NCBI GenBank assembly: GCA_903873705.1
Contig: CAIQPK010000081.1
Location: forward strand, 24,989 to 88,988
Reading direction: 5' to 3'
Length of the DNA stretch: 64,000 bases
Source: an uncultured Acidobacteriota bacterium
GTDB lineage: Bacteria > Acidobacteriota > Terriglobia > Terriglobales > Acidobacteriaceae
Position numbers and translations under genes: made by a program. The notes under the pieces are model-generated. The model was given only the letters and a program-made list of their open reading frames with translations, did no database searches and was not told the origin of the DNA. Position 1 is the stretch's first letter. The number at the start of each line of letters is the position of its first letter. Of the stretch, positions 39,689-49,742 are shown in pieces.

Positions 39689-40093
39689 TTATTCGAAGTT
39701 GACGTCCATGTAGAGGTCGACCTTGACGGGCTTGCCTTTTAGCGTGGCGGGTTTGAATTTGTATTGCCTCACCGCGTCGAGGACGGCTGCGTTGATGACG
39801 CCGCCGGGGCCGTGAACAATTTTGATATGTGTCGGCGTGCCATCGGTTTCTATCCAGAGATAAACCTGCACGTTACCGTGAAAATCCTTGCCCTTGTTGC
39901 TGACCACTTGTGGTTCTACAGAGTAGGTCACTTGAGGGGCCTTAACTTCCCGGTTGCCTTTGATCGGCTGGGCTTCCGGCTGTGATCGTGATGTGATCCC
40001 GCCGGGCTCCTGGGTCGCGGGGGCCTGTGCCATCGCCACTGTGGGGAAAATCGAGAAGACTACGATGGCGGCTATGCGGAGATGACGCGTCAT
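39689..40093 (-). CDS. small TonB C-terminal domain protein
   Basis: Signal peptide; GNVQVYLWIETDG...AVRQYKFKPA..GKPV. Confidence 0.85.
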   Translation of the reverse strand: MTRHLRIAAIVVFSIFPTVAMAQAPATQEPGGITSRSQPEAQPIKGNREVKAPQVTYSVEPQVVSNKGKDFHGNVQVYLWIETDGTPTHIKIVHGPGGVINAAVLDAVRQYKFKPATLKGKPVKVDLYMDVNFE

Positions 40094-40113
40094 GTTGATC
40101 TCTTGGTCTGTAA

Positions 40114-40764
40114 CTAGCTGGGGTTGCGGGCGAGGATGCAGCCGACGAGGAAGCCTGTGATGATGCCGCCGATGTGGCCGGAGAGGTCGATTTCGGGGTT
40201 GGAGAAGCCGTATACGAGGTTGATGCCGATGAAGATGAGCGAGCTCTTGACGAGTTGCTGGGCGCCCTGTTTGGAGAAGACGCTGCGGCGGACGGCGACA
40301 AAGGCGAGCAGCCCTCCGTAGACGCCGAAGATGGCTCCTGAGGCGCCGGCGGAGACAATGTCGGGGTGGATGATGAGCGAGAGGAGGCTGCCGCCGAGGC
40401 CGGCGAGGATGTAGAGGGCGAGATATTTGGCGCGGCCGTAGAGCAGTTCGGTGAACGGGCCTACCTGGTAGAAGACGTACATGTTGAGCGCGATGTGGAT
40501 GATGCCGAAGTGCAGGAAGCAGGCGGTGAGGAGTCGCCACCACTGGCCGTGCATGGTGGCGGGGCCGTAGTTGGCGCCCCAGGCGAAGACCTGCTCAGCG
40601 GTGGGGTTGGTGAGGGAGATGCCGGAGAGGACCATCGCGACGAAGACGAGGGCGTTGAGGGCGATGAGGGTGTAGGTGACTACCGGCGTGGGGCGGGCGC
40701 GGGCTGCCGGCTGGGGTGGTGGCGGCTGGTGGGCGTAGTCGGCGCGGGAGTTTTGATCAAACAT
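40114..40764 (-). CDS. rhomboid intramembrane serine protease
   Basis: QWWRLLT..FLH...HIALN, GASGA, HIGG. Confidence 0.92.
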   Translation of the reverse strand: MFDQNSRADYAHQPPPPQPAARARPTPVVTYTLIALNALVFVAMVLSGISLTNPTAEQVFAWGANYGPATMHGQWWRLLTACFLHFGIIHIALNMYVFYQVGPFTELLYGRAKYLALYILAGLGGSLLSLIIHPDIVSAGASGAIFGVYGGLLAFVAVRRSVFSKQGAQQLVKSSLIFIGINLVYGFSNPEIDLSGHIGGIITGFLVGCILARNPS

Positions 40765-40775
40765 GTGTGGCGAGT

Positions 40776-40904
40776 TTATTTGAATTGGACGCTGAGGGTG
40801 AGGTCTACCTCGACGGGCATGCCATTTTTCGTGGCGGGCTGGAATTTGTACTTGTTGATGGCGTCGAGGACGACGGTGTCGACTGCGCCGCCGGGGCCGT
40901 TGGT
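40776..40904 (-). pseudogene. TonB C-terminal domain remnant
   Basis: Manual translation TNGPGGAVDTVVLDAINKYKFQPATKNGMPVEVDLTLSVQFK*; no upstream start before an in-frame stop at 40968. Confidence 0.75.
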
Positions 40905-40924
40905 TTTGCGGTGGCGAAGACACG

Positions 40925-41200
40925 GGCAAAGGCAAAAGCAACGGCGTTGACGCGGAGTTCGCGAAGTTTAAGTGCGAAGTTTCGCGAAGTAGAACAGGAG
41001 ACGGCAGGGGCTAATGCGGGGGGCTCGCGACTTCGGTCGAGATGACGGTTGCGGGGGTTGGGGAGAGGAACGGCAACGACGGGAGAAAGCAGGTTCCTCG
41101 CTTGCGCGCGGAATGACAGCCAGAAAGGCAAAGGCAAAGGCAAGTGCAAGTGCAAGTGCAAGTACAGAAGCAGATTCCTCCACTTCGTTGCGGAATGACA
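40925..41200 (+). repeat. mosaic of CGCGAAG repeats, ...GAATGAC/GATGAC palindromic elements and GCAAAG/GCAAGT hexamers
   Basis: GCAGGTTCCTCG..GGAATGACA 41089-41118; GCAGATTCCTCC..GGAATGACA 41170-41200. Confidence 0.8.
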
Positions 41201-41203
41201 ATG

Positions 41204-41286
41204 TTTGAGAGCAGGGTCGGTCGATAGGTTTGAGAGCAGGGTCGGTCGATAGGTTCAAGAGCAGGGTCAGTCGATAGGTTCGAGAG
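41204..41286. repeat. 25 bp tandem repeat, 3 copies
   Basis: GAGAGCAGGGTCGGTCGATAGGTTT-like units at 41207, 41232 and 41257. Confidence 0.9.
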
Positions 41287-41292
41287 GAAGGC

Positions 41293-43380
41293 TTAGTCCA
41301 TCAGCTTGCGGGTGAGGTAGACGTAGGTTTCGGCCCAGGTGTGGGATTCTTCTTTCAGGTCGGCGCCGGCGCCGTGGCCGCCTTCGATGACTTCGTCGTA
41401 GAGGAAGGGGAGGTGGAACTCTTCCATCTTTGCGGCGAATTTGCGGGCGTGCTGAGGGCCCACGCGGTCGTCCTTGGTGGTGGTGAAGATGAGGGGCTCG
41501 GGGTACTTGACGTTGGGCTTGAGCTGCTCGTACGGGGAGATGGAGGCGAGGAAGGAGCGTTCGGCGGGAACGGAGGCGGAGCCGTACTCTCCGACCCAGC
41601 TGGCTCCGGCGGCGATGTGTTCGTAGCCGAGCATGTCGAGCAGAGGGACCTGAATGACGATGGCGTTCCAGTGGTCGGGGTGCTGGGTCATCTGGACGCC
41701 CATGAGCAGGCCGCCGTTGGAGCCGCCCATGATCCCGAGGCGGCGGGGTGAGGTGATTTTGCGGGCGATGAGGTCCTGGGCGACGGAGGCGAAGTCGTCG
41801 TAGATGCGCTGGCGCTGAGTCTTGAGGCCAGCCTCGTGCCAGGCGGGGCCGAACTCGCCGCCGCCGCGGATGTTGGCGAGCACGAAGACGCCACCGTGCT
41901 CGAGCCAGAGCTTGCCGATGTTGCCGGAGTAGCTGGGGGTCATGGAGAGCTCGAATCCGCCGTAGGCGTTGAGCAGGGTGGGGTTGGTGCTGTCGTACTT
42001 GATGTCTTTGGCGTGGACGATGAAGTAGGGGATTCTGGTGCCGTCTCTGGAGGTGGCTTCGAGCTGCTCGACGGTGTCTTTGGCGGCGTCAAATAGCGCG
42101 GGCTGAGAGCGGGCGAGGGTGAGCGAGGCGGTGGCGGCGTCGCCGGACCAGAGGGAGCTGGGGGTGAGGAAGCCCGTGATGCCGAGGTAGAAAGCGTCGT
42201 CGGTATTGCTGGTGGAGATGATGCTGACCGAGACGTTGGCGGGGACGGGGAGCGGCTTGCGGCTCCAACCGGTGGCTGTGGGGGTGTAGACGTAGGCGCG
42301 GCCCTGGACGTGGTTGAGCGCGGTGAGGATGAGGTGCCCGCGGGTGGGGTCGGCGTTCTCGTAGAACTCCTGCTGGGTGGGTTCGAAGACGATGGAAGGC
42401 TTGAGGTGGGTGGGATCGGCGAGAAGGTCAGTGAGTTTGACCTCAAGGAGAGAGCCGGCGATCCAGGGTGTTTTGCGGTTGGGGGTGGTCCACTGCTCCT
42501 GGATGGAGAAGAGGACGCGGCCGTCGATCATGCCGATGGGCTGGACTTTTTCCGGGAGGGCGAGACGCTGGAGACCTTGCGCGGTGGCGACGAAGAGCTG
42601 GCGCTCGAAGGTGGTGACGGTGCGGTCGAAGAGGGTGAGGGCGTGGCCCTGGGGATCGTGGAGGGTGAAGGCGCCGGCCTGGATGTCGGATTCCTGGCCG
42701 CGGAAGAGTTCGGTGGCCTGGTCGAGCGGCGTGCCCCGCTTCCAGCGCTTGGTGACGAAGGGATAGCCGGACCTGGTGAGGGTGCCGGCGCCCCAGTCGC
42801 GGGTGACGAGAAGGGTGTCCTTGTCGATCCAGGTGATGCCCTGCTTGCTGTGCGGGGAGGTGAAGCCGCCGGGAATGAAGTGTCCGGTGCGGAGGTCGAA
42901 CTCGCGGAGGGTGATGGCGTCTTCGCCTCCGGCGGAGAAGGCGACGAGGCAGAGGCTGTCGCCGGGGTAGAGGCAGCTGAGGCCCTTGCTGACCCAGGAG
43001 ACTTTTTCCTGTTGGCCGAGCGCGTCGAAGTCGATGACGGTCTGCCAGCGGGGGGTGGGGTTCTGGTAGTCGGCGCGGGTGGTTTTGCGGAGCAGGCCGT
43101 GGGTGTGCTGGGCGTCGCGCCAGAGGTTGTATACGTCGGCTCCGCGGAGGGTGGGGACGGGGAGACGGTTGGGGTCTTCGGCGATCTTGAGGGCGTCGGC
43201 CTGGTAGGCGGCGAAGCGGGGATCGGCTTCGAGGATGGCGGCGGAGCGGGCGTTCTCGGCCTTGACCCAGGTCATGGCACGGTCGCTGGAGACGTCTTCG
43301 AGCCAGGTGTACTTGTCGGGCTGCTGGGCGGCGAGGGGGAGAGCGAGGAGGAGTGCGGCGAAGGCCAGAGGGAGACGCAT
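41293..43380 (-). CDS. secreted prolyl oligopeptidase (S9A)
   Basis: YGGF, ANIRGGGEFG, GGSNGGLL, DDRV, EGGHG. Confidence 0.95.
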   Translation of the reverse strand: MRLPLAFAALLLALPLAAQQPDKYTWLEDVSSDRAMTWVKAENARSAAILEADPRFAAYQADALKIAEDPNRLPVPTLRGADVYNLWRDAQHTHGLLRKTTRADYQNPTPRWQTVIDFDALGQQEKVSWVSKGLSCLYPGDSLCLVAFSAGGEDAITLREFDLRTGHFIPGGFTSPHSKQGITWIDKDTLLVTRDWGAGTLTRSGYPFVTKRWKRGTPLDQATELFRGQESDIQAGAFTLHDPQGHALTLFDRTVTTFERQLFVATAQGLQRLALPEKVQPIGMIDGRVLFSIQEQWTTPNRKTPWIAGSLLEVKLTDLLADPTHLKPSIVFEPTQQEFYENADPTRGHLILTALNHVQGRAYVYTPTATGWSRKPLPVPANVSVSIISTSNTDDAFYLGITGFLTPSSLWSGDAATASLTLARSQPALFDAAKDTVEQLEATSRDGTRIPYFIVHAKDIKYDSTNPTLLNAYGGFELSMTPSYSGNIGKLWLEHGGVFVLANIRGGGEFGPAWHEAGLKTQRQRIYDDFASVAQDLIARKITSPRRLGIMGGSNGGLLMGVQMTQHPDHWNAIVIQVPLLDMLGYEHIAAGASWVGEYGSASVPAERSFLASISPYEQLKPNVKYPEPLIFTTTKDDRVGPQHARKFAAKMEEFHLPFLYDEVIEGGHGAGADLKEESHTWAETYVYLTRKLMD

Positions 43381-43508
43381 AGCGCTACTTTACGCGCGTG
43401 GCGGGCGCGATGGGGCGGGGGTGGGGATGATCGGCGGCGGTGGAACCCATGTCCGAGAAGCCGGACATGGGCACCCAAACCTTCTGGTGTCGATTTCCGA
43501 TGTGAGGG

Positions 43509-44453
43509 TTAGAAGATCTGGAAGTTGACGTTGATGTAGAGGTCAACTTTGACGGGCTTGCCGTTGAGGGTGGCGGGTTTGAATTTGTATTGACGGACAG
43601 CGGCTATGGCTTTTTCGTCGAGGCCCATGCCGATGCCGCGGGCTACGCGGACGTGGGAGGGGTTGCCGTGCTCGTCTACCCAGAGGTAGATCTGGACGTC
43701 TCCGGAGAACTTGGCTTTGCGGGCTTCTTCGGAGAACTCGGGTTCTACGGAAGAGAGCACTGAGGGCGGGTGGACGCCGCCGCCGAGGTGCATGGGTCCA
43801 CCGCCGAAGTTGCCGCCTGAGCCGGCGTCCATGCCGTTGCCGTCTCCGCTGCCCAGTCCTGAATCGCTGCCGGTGCCGAGGGAGAAGCTCTTGAGGTTGG
43901 AGGTGGGTAAGCCGAGGTCGGGGAGCTTGTTGTCGGCCATTTTGAGGTCGGGCTGAACGACGACGGCGGGCTCGATGGCGAGGCGGGGTTGGTCAACGGG
44001 CGGGGCGGGCGGAGCGAGCAGCTGCTGCGCGAACTCCGGGAGGTGGCCAGCGGATACGGGTGCAGAGCTGTGCTGGCCTCCGCCTCCACCGAGTTTTTCT
44101 GCGCGGGGAGCGATGGGTGGGGGGGGCGCGAGGATGCTGAGTTCCAAGCGTGCATCGCGGTGGGAGCTGAGGGCCTGGGTGCGATACGCAGCGAGACTCA
44201 AGACGAAGGCGAGGACGGCAGCGTGGGCCAGGAGTGCGGTCCAGACGGAGGTGGTGCTGCGGCTGGTGTTGACGCGGTCGGAGGTGGTGAAGAGGCGGGT
44301 GGGTTGGAGCTCGGCGCTTTGCGGTGTTGAGCGCAGGGAGGCGTTGGCGAGGTGGGCGAGGAGGCGCTGCTCCATACCCGCGGGCGGAGCGGCAGCGCGG
44401 GTGCGGAGGGTGTGGTCGAGGAGTTGGTCGAAGTGGTCCATTGTGGTGGTCAT
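43509..44453 (-). CDS. membrane protein with anti-sigma-like N-terminus, TM helix, Pro/Gly linker and TonB C-terminal domain
   Basis: MDHFDQLLDHTLR..PPAGMEQRLLAHL; TM; EPEFSEEARKAK.SG.V...AVRQYKFKPA. Confidence 0.85.
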   Translation of the reverse strand: MTTTMDHFDQLLDHTLRTRAAAPPAGMEQRLLAHLANASLRSTPQSAELQPTRLFTTSDRVNTSRSTTSVWTALLAHAAVLAFVLSLAAYRTQALSSHRDARLELSILAPPPPIAPRAEKLGGGGGQHSSAPVSAGHLPEFAQQLLAPPAPPVDQPRLAIEPAVVVQPDLKMADNKLPDLGLPTSNLKSFSLGTGSDSGLGSGDGNGMDAGSGGNFGGGPMHLGGGVHPPSVLSSVEPEFSEEARKAKFSGDVQIYLWVDEHGNPSHVRVARGIGMGLDEKAIAAVRQYKFKPATLNGKPVKVDLYINVNFQIF

Positions 44454-44458
44454 GGGTG

Positions 44459-45025
44459 TTATCTCCCTGCGACCGCGGTCTCCCCGGGCCGCGCTGTGTG
44501 TGCTTCGTAGTGGCGGCGGAGTTCGGACCGGGCGCGCATGAGGCGGGTGCGGACGGTACCCTCCGGAAGGTTCATGACGAGACCGATCTCGCGGGAGTTG
44601 AGTTCGTCGATGGCCGAGAGCAGGAGCGGCTGACGGAGGTCGGGCGGGAGGCGGTCGATGAGCTGGTTGAGCAGGGCGGCTTCGTCCTGCTGGCGGGTGT
44701 TGTCGTAGGGGCTGGGCCGGGTGTCGATGAGGAGCAGCTCGGCGTCGGGATCGGTTGATGTGGTGCGGCATTGCAGGCGGTCGTAGGCGGTGCGCCAGAC
44801 GGTGCGGGCGAGGAAGGCGCGCTCGTCGTGGACTTGCTGCTGAATGTGCTGCCAGGCGTTGGTGCGGAAGAGTTTGAGCAGGGCATCCTGGACGGCGTCT
44901 TCGGCGTCCTGCGGATGGCGGAGGAGGTTGTGGGCGACGCGATACATGAGGCGCGCGTGCTGGTGGACGATGCGGCTGCAGACCGCATCGCGGGTGATGT
45001 CGGCCGGGTTTGGCGGGTTGACCAA
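44459..45025 (-). CDS. ECF RNA polymerase sigma factor
   Basis: DAEDAVQDALL; LPPDLRQPLLL..EIG.VMNLPEGTVRTRLMRAR. Confidence 0.92.
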   Translation of the reverse strand: MVNPPNPADITRDAVCSRIVHQHARLMYRVAHNLLRHPQDAEDAVQDALLKLFRTNAWQHIQQQVHDERAFLARTVWRTAYDRLQCRTTSTDPDAELLLIDTRPSPYDNTRQQDEAALLNQLIDRLPPDLRQPLLLSAIDELNSREIGLVMNLPEGTVRTRLMRARSELRRHYEAHTARPGETAVAGR

Positions 45026-45233
45026 GTTGCCTCTCAGCTACTCAGACCGAGGCTGGGAGAAAAGTGTTCACGAAAAGCCAAAATTTGCCGTTGGGATAGG
45101 CATGGCGGAATTTCGGACAGTTAAGTTCCAAATCGGGAAAAGCGATGGGGTGTGCGCCGGGGTTGACATTGCTCCGGAGGTGCGGGGTCGCGCAGCATCG
45201 TTGCATGGTATCGGGGCAGAGGTGTGGGGTGGG

Positions 45234-48200
45234 GTGGCGCAGTTGCCGGTAGTGGGTGGTGGGCTCGATGCGGCTCGCCCGCGGCGGCGGAGCCGGGTGC
45301 GGGAGTATGCGGCCATTGCGGGCTGGGTGGTGCTGCTGGGTTTGATGGCGGCATCGGCGGTGCGGGCGCAGGAGCCGGGATGGGAGAGTGCGGCGGGGCG
45401 GCGGGCGCGCGCGGCGAAGTTTGTGGCGGAGCGGGGTGGGGCGCGGGCTGTGACAGCGGCGGGAAGGCCGGCGGTGCTGCCGAGGGCGGGATCGCTGGCG
45501 GCGGCTTGGGTGCCGCTGGGGCCGGCGGCGGTGTTGTCGGCGAGCTACGGGAAGGTGTCAGGGCGGGTGACCGCGGTTGCGGTCGACGCGAGCGATACGA
45601 GCGGGAACACGGTTTATGTGGGGACGACCGGCGGCGGGGTCTGGAAGTCGACCAACGCTGCGGGGGCGCTGGCGGGGGTGAGTTTTTCACCGCTGACGGA
45701 TACGCTACCGGTGTTTGCGGCGAACGGTGTGGCGTCGCTGAGTATTGGCGCTCTGGCGGTGCAGCCGGGGAGTAATCCGGTGGTGCTGGCGGGGACCGGC
45801 GATCCGAATGATGCGACGGACTCTTATTACGGCGAAGGGATTCTGCGGACGGCTGACGGCGGGCTGACGTGGACGCTGGTGCAGGGGTCGCGGGATGGGG
45901 CGAATGGAAACCATTCTTTCATTGGGCTGGGTGTCGCTGGAATGGCGTGGAGCTCGGCTACGCCCGGGCTGGTGGTGGCGGCGCTGTCGCGCTCGGTGGA
46001 GGGAGAGATTGTGGGGGCGCGGAATGCGGCATCGGTGGCAGGGCTGTACGTATCGAGCGATGCGGGTGTGACGTGGCAGATGGCGACGGTTTATGACGGC
46101 GCGAGCGTGGTGCAGGAGCCGCAGCCGCTGGGCACGGGTCAGGTGGGCAACGCGGCGACGGCGGTGGTGTGGAATCCGGTGCGGCAGAAGTTCTATGCGG
46201 CGCTGCGGCAGCATGGGTTCTACGAGAGCGCGGATGGCGTGACGTGGACACGGCTGGCGAGTCAGCCGGGGACGGGGATGTCGGCTGGGGCTTGCCCGGT
46301 GGGGGTGAATGGCGCGGGTGGTGTGGGGTGTCCGGTGTTTCGCGGGGCGCTGGCGGTGCAGCCAGTGAGCGGCGACATGTATGCGCTAAGCGTGGATAGC
46401 GGGAACCATGACAACGGGCTCTGGCAGGACCTGTGCGTGGCGGGGGCCGGTGGGTGCGCAGGGACGGTTTCTTTTGGGGCGCGAATTGATGGCGGGGCGA
46501 TGGAGGTGGGTTCGGGCAGCACGGTGGTGACGCAGGGGGATTACAACCTGGCGTTGGCTGCGGCAGCGACTAGCAGTGGAACGGTGCTGCTGGTGGGAAC
46601 GGTGGATGTCTATCGCTGCGTGATTGCGGCGGGTAGCGGTGGATGCTCGCTGCGGAATACGACGAATGCGTTGAATGGGTGTAACGCTCCGGCGATGGTG
46701 GCTCCGGCGCAGCACACGTTGGCAGCGTTTGGCGCGGCCCCGGTGGTTTGGGTGGGGAATGATGGCGGGCTTTGGCGGTCGCTGGATGGTGTGGCGGAGA
46801 CGGGGGCGCCGTGCAGCGCGGCGGATGCGCAGCACTTTGAGAATGTGAACGGAGCGTTGGGGTCGCTGGCGGAGGTGGTGGGGTTTGCGCAGGATCCTGC
46901 CGTGGCGGACACGCTGCTGGCAGGGATGGGAGCGAACGGGTCGGCGGCGACGACGAAGGCGGCGGCTGACTGGAGCGCGCGAGGGGCGTGGGCGCAGATG
47001 TCGGCGGGTGAGGGCGGGTTTCCGCTGATCGATCCGGGTGTGGCGACCAATTGGTCTATTGCGGCCGGTGCGGGTGTGAGCGAAAAGTTTTGTGGGTCAG
47101 GCGGTGCATGCACAGCGGCGGATTTTGCGGGAACCGCGACGGTGGGGGCGGTGCAGGTGTCGGGTGATGCGTCGGTGCTGGATGCTCCCGTGATGCTGGA
47201 CCCGGGGTTGACGGCGGAGCTGGTGGTGGGTACGTGCCGGGTGTGGCGCGGGATGGCGAACGGGGCGGGTTGGAGCACGGCGAATGCGGTCAGTAAACCT
47301 CTGGGTGGGGGCACGGTGCCGTGCACGTCGGCGAGTGCACTGGTGAGGAGCGTGGGTGCGGGTGGACCGGTGGCGGCGTCGAGCAATGCGCAGCATGCCG
47401 GGTCGACGGTGTTGTATGCGGGCATGGCGGGGACGGTGGATGGCGGCAGGAGTGTGGGTGGGCATGTGTTTGTGACGACTGCCGGCGCTACGGCGGATAG
47501 CGCGACGGCATGGACGGATGTGGGCGTGAGTCCGGTGACGAATGACGTGGCGAATGCGCATGTTTTTAATCCGTTTGGGTTTGATGTGTCGGCGGTCGTA
47601 GTTGATGGGCACGATGCGAGCGGCGGAACGGTGTATGCGACGGTGATGGGGTTTGGGAGCCTGCTGGCGGCGTCGCCGCATGTGTACCGGTCGGCGGACT
47701 TTGGGGCGCACTGGGTGAATGTATCGGCGAACTTGCCGGATGTTCCGGCGAACGCGCTGGCGGTGGACCCGAACGATGCCAACTCGGTTTATGTGGCGAC
47801 GGATACAGGGGTTTATGTGACGTCGCAGGTGTTGACGTGTACGACGGCTAACTGCTGGAGCCTGATGGGAACGGGGTTGCCGAACGCGCCGGTGACAGGG
47901 CTGGCTGCGTCGACTGCCATGCTGACCGGCGACGGGCGCAAAGGAATGCTGCGGGCGGGGACGTACGGGCGCGGGATGTGGGCGGTGCCGCTGCTTTCGG
48001 CGACGAATTTGTTGCAGCCGGCGATGGCGTTTTCGGCGACAGACTTTACGTTCCCGCAAACGGCGGTGAACGCGCAGAGTGCGGCGCAGACGCTGACGAT
48101 TACGAGTACGGGGAACTCGCCGGTAACGTTTGGCAGCGTGGTGGTGGCGGGTGATTTTGTGGAGACGGATAACTGTGCAGGACAGACGCTGCCGGTGGGG

Positions 48201-49739
48201 GCAACGTGTGCGGTGCAGTTGCGGTTTGCGCCGAGCGTGGTGGGTCCGAGGACGGGTGTGTTGACGGTGTTTGCGAATGTGGTGGGCGGGCAGGGGACGG
48301 CGACGCTGGAAGGGACGGGGACGACGCCGGCGGCGATCGTGCTGACGCCGAACTCGCTGACTTTTGCGGCGACGATTGTGAACCAGACAACGGCGGCGCA
48401 GATCATTACGGTGTCGAACACCGGGGGCACGCCGGCGGGGCTGCAGACGCCGGTGGTGACGGGGGATTTTGCGATTACGGCGAATACGTGCGGGGCGACG
48501 TTGGCGGCGAGTACGGGGTGCTCGATTGCGATTGCGTTCACGCCGACGGCCAGCGGGGCGCGGAGTGGGACGCTCTCCATTACAGACGATGCGGGTACGC
48601 AGGTCGCGACGCTGACAGGGACGGGCAATGCGCCGGCGACCGATGCGCTGGGGCCGCTGTCGTTGACGTTTGGGCCGCAGGTGATTGGGACGGCGAGTAC
48701 GGCGCAGCAGGTGTTGCTGACGAATGCGGGCGATGTGGCGTTGACGCTGGTGACGACGAGTGTGACTGGGCCGTTTACGGCGGTGAGTGCGTGCGGGACT
48801 TCGCTGGCGGCGCACTCCAGTTGCGCGGTCAGTGTGGCGTTCGTTCCTTCGGCGACGGGTTCGGTGACGGGCGTATTGACGGTTGGAGATCAATTTCGGT
48901 CGCAGACGGTGGCGCTGGCGGGGACAGGGTTGGCGCCGGCGGGGGTGTCGTTGACGCCGGTGGCTGGGCTGGGGTTTGGGCAGATTGGCGTGGGGCTGAC
49001 GTCGCCGCCGCAGACGTTGACGCTGACCAATAATGGCGGCGTGGCGCTGGGGATTTCGAGTATTGGGGTGAGCGGCGATTTCCGATTGGCCTCGTCGACG
49101 TGTGGGGTATCTCTGGCGGCAGGACAGGCTTGCGCGATGGTGATTGTGTTTGTGCCGACGGTGGGTGGGGCGCGGACGGGGGTGGTGACGCTGATCGACA
49201 CTGCGGCGAGCGGGACGCAGACCGTGGCGTTGACGGGGACGGGGATCGACTTTACGCTGGCGGCGACGGGGCCGACGAGTGTGACGGTGGCGAGCGGGAC
49301 GTCGGCGGTTTATACGCTGGTGCTGACGGCGCCGGTGGGGGTGAATGGCTCGGCGGCGGTGGCGTGTACGGGAGCGCCGGCGCATAGCTTGTGTACGGTG
49401 GCTCCGTCGCCGGTGACGCTGGGCGGCAGTGTGAACGTGACGGTAACGGTGCAGACGGGACTGGCGACGGCTTCGGTGCAGCGGCCGTTTGCCTGGCTGG
49501 GTGATGGCGTGGTGCTGGCGTTGCTGCTGCCGCTGATGATGCGGCGGCGGAAGCTGGCGGCGTTGGTGGTGATGCTGGTGGTGGTGTCGGTGAGCGGTTG
49601 TGGAGCGGGACGGCAGTTGCCTACGGACGGCGGGAGTGCTCCGCCTACGCCTACGCCGGTTGGGACTTACAACCTGACGGTGAGCGGGTCGGCCAGCGGG
49701 GTGTCGCGGAGTGTGGGGCTGGTGCTGGTGGTGAAGTAA
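45234..49739 (+). CDS. giant secreted protein: BNR/Asp-box beta-propellers plus ASH/choice-of-anchor-D Ig domains; start approximate
   Basis: GRVTAVAVD, GGVWKS, Asp-boxes (TADGGLTW, SSDAGVTW, SADFGAHW), repeated C...L..G..C...V.F.P...G.R.G.L domains. Confidence 0.88.
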   Translation: MAQLPVVGGGLDAARPRRRSRVREYAAIAGWVVLLGLMAASAVRAQEPGWESAAGRRARAAKFVAERGGARAVTAAGRPAVLPRAGSLAAAWVPLGPAAVLSASYGKVSGRVTAVAVDASDTSGNTVYVGTTGGGVWKSTNAAGALAGVSFSPLTDTLPVFAANGVASLSIGALAVQPGSNPVVLAGTGDPNDATDSYYGEGILRTADGGLTWTLVQGSRDGANGNHSFIGLGVAGMAWSSATPGLVVAALSRSVEGEIVGARNAASVAGLYVSSDAGVTWQMATVYDGASVVQEPQPLGTGQVGNAATAVVWNPVRQKFYAALRQHGFYESADGVTWTRLASQPGTGMSAGACPVGVNGAGGVGCPVFRGALAVQPVSGDMYALSVDSGNHDNGLWQDLCVAGAGGCAGTVSFGARIDGGAMEVGSGSTVVTQGDYNLALAAAATSSGTVLLVGTVDVYRCVIAAGSGGCSLRNTTNALNGCNAPAMVAPAQHTLAAFGAAPVVWVGNDGGLWRSLDGVAETGAPCSAADAQHFENVNGALGSLAEVVGFAQDPAVADTLLAGMGANGSAATTKAAADWSARGAWAQMSAGEGGFPLIDPGVATNWSIAAGAGVSEKFCGSGGACTAADFAGTATVGAVQVSGDASVLDAPVMLDPGLTAELVVGTCRVWRGMANGAGWSTANAVSKPLGGGTVPCTSASALVRSVGAGGPVAASSNAQHAGSTVLYAGMAGTVDGGRSVGGHVFVTTAGATADSATAWTDVGVSPVTNDVANAHVFNPFGFDVSAVVVDGHDASGGTVYATVMGFGSLLAASPHVYRSADFGAHWVNVSANLPDVPANALAVDPNDANSVYVATDTGVYVTSQVLTCTTANCWSLMGTGLPNAPVTGLAASTAMLTGDGRKGMLRAGTYGRGMWAVPLLSATNLLQPAMAFSATDFTFPQTAVNAQSAAQTLTITSTGNSPVTFGSVVVAGDFVETDNCAGQTLPVGATCAVQLRFAPSVVGPRTGVLTVFANVVGGQGTATLEGTGTTPAAIVLTPNSLTFAATIVNQTTAAQIITVSNTGGTPAGLQTPVVTGDFAITANTCGATLAASTGCSIAIAFTPTASGARSGTLSITDDAGTQVATLTGTGNAPATDALGPLSLTFGPQVIGTASTAQQVLLTNAGDVALTLVTTSVTGPFTAVSACGTSLAAHSSCAVSVAFVPSATGSVTGVLTVGDQFRSQTVALAGTGLAPAGVSLTPVAGLGFGQIGVGLTSPPQTLTLTNNGGVALGISSIGVSGDFRLASSTCGVSLAAGQACAMVIVFVPTVGGARTGVVTLIDTAASGTQTVALTGTGIDFTLAATGPTSVTVASGTSAVYTLVLTAPVGVNGSAAVACTGAPAHSLCTVAPSPVTLGGSVNVTVTVQTGLATASVQRPFAWLGDGVVLALLLPLMMRRRKLAALVVMLVVVSVSGCGAGRQLPTDGGSAPPTPTPVGTYNLTVSGSASGVSRSVGLVLVVK

Positions 49740-49742
49740 GGG

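Noticed and set aside
40114..40764. Rhombosortase for the giant proteins
   Set aside because: Looks like a generic rhomboid, and no clear GlyGly-CTERM substrate is seen; cannot be supported without an HMM search
41204..41286. Possible mini-CRISPR
   Set aside because: The 25 bp units are directly adjacent with no spacers, and there are no cas genes
44844..45233. N-terminal ~130 codons of the 1631 aa ORF
   Set aside because: Overlaps the ECF gene antisense, and the signal peptide appears only after ~45280; true start is downstream
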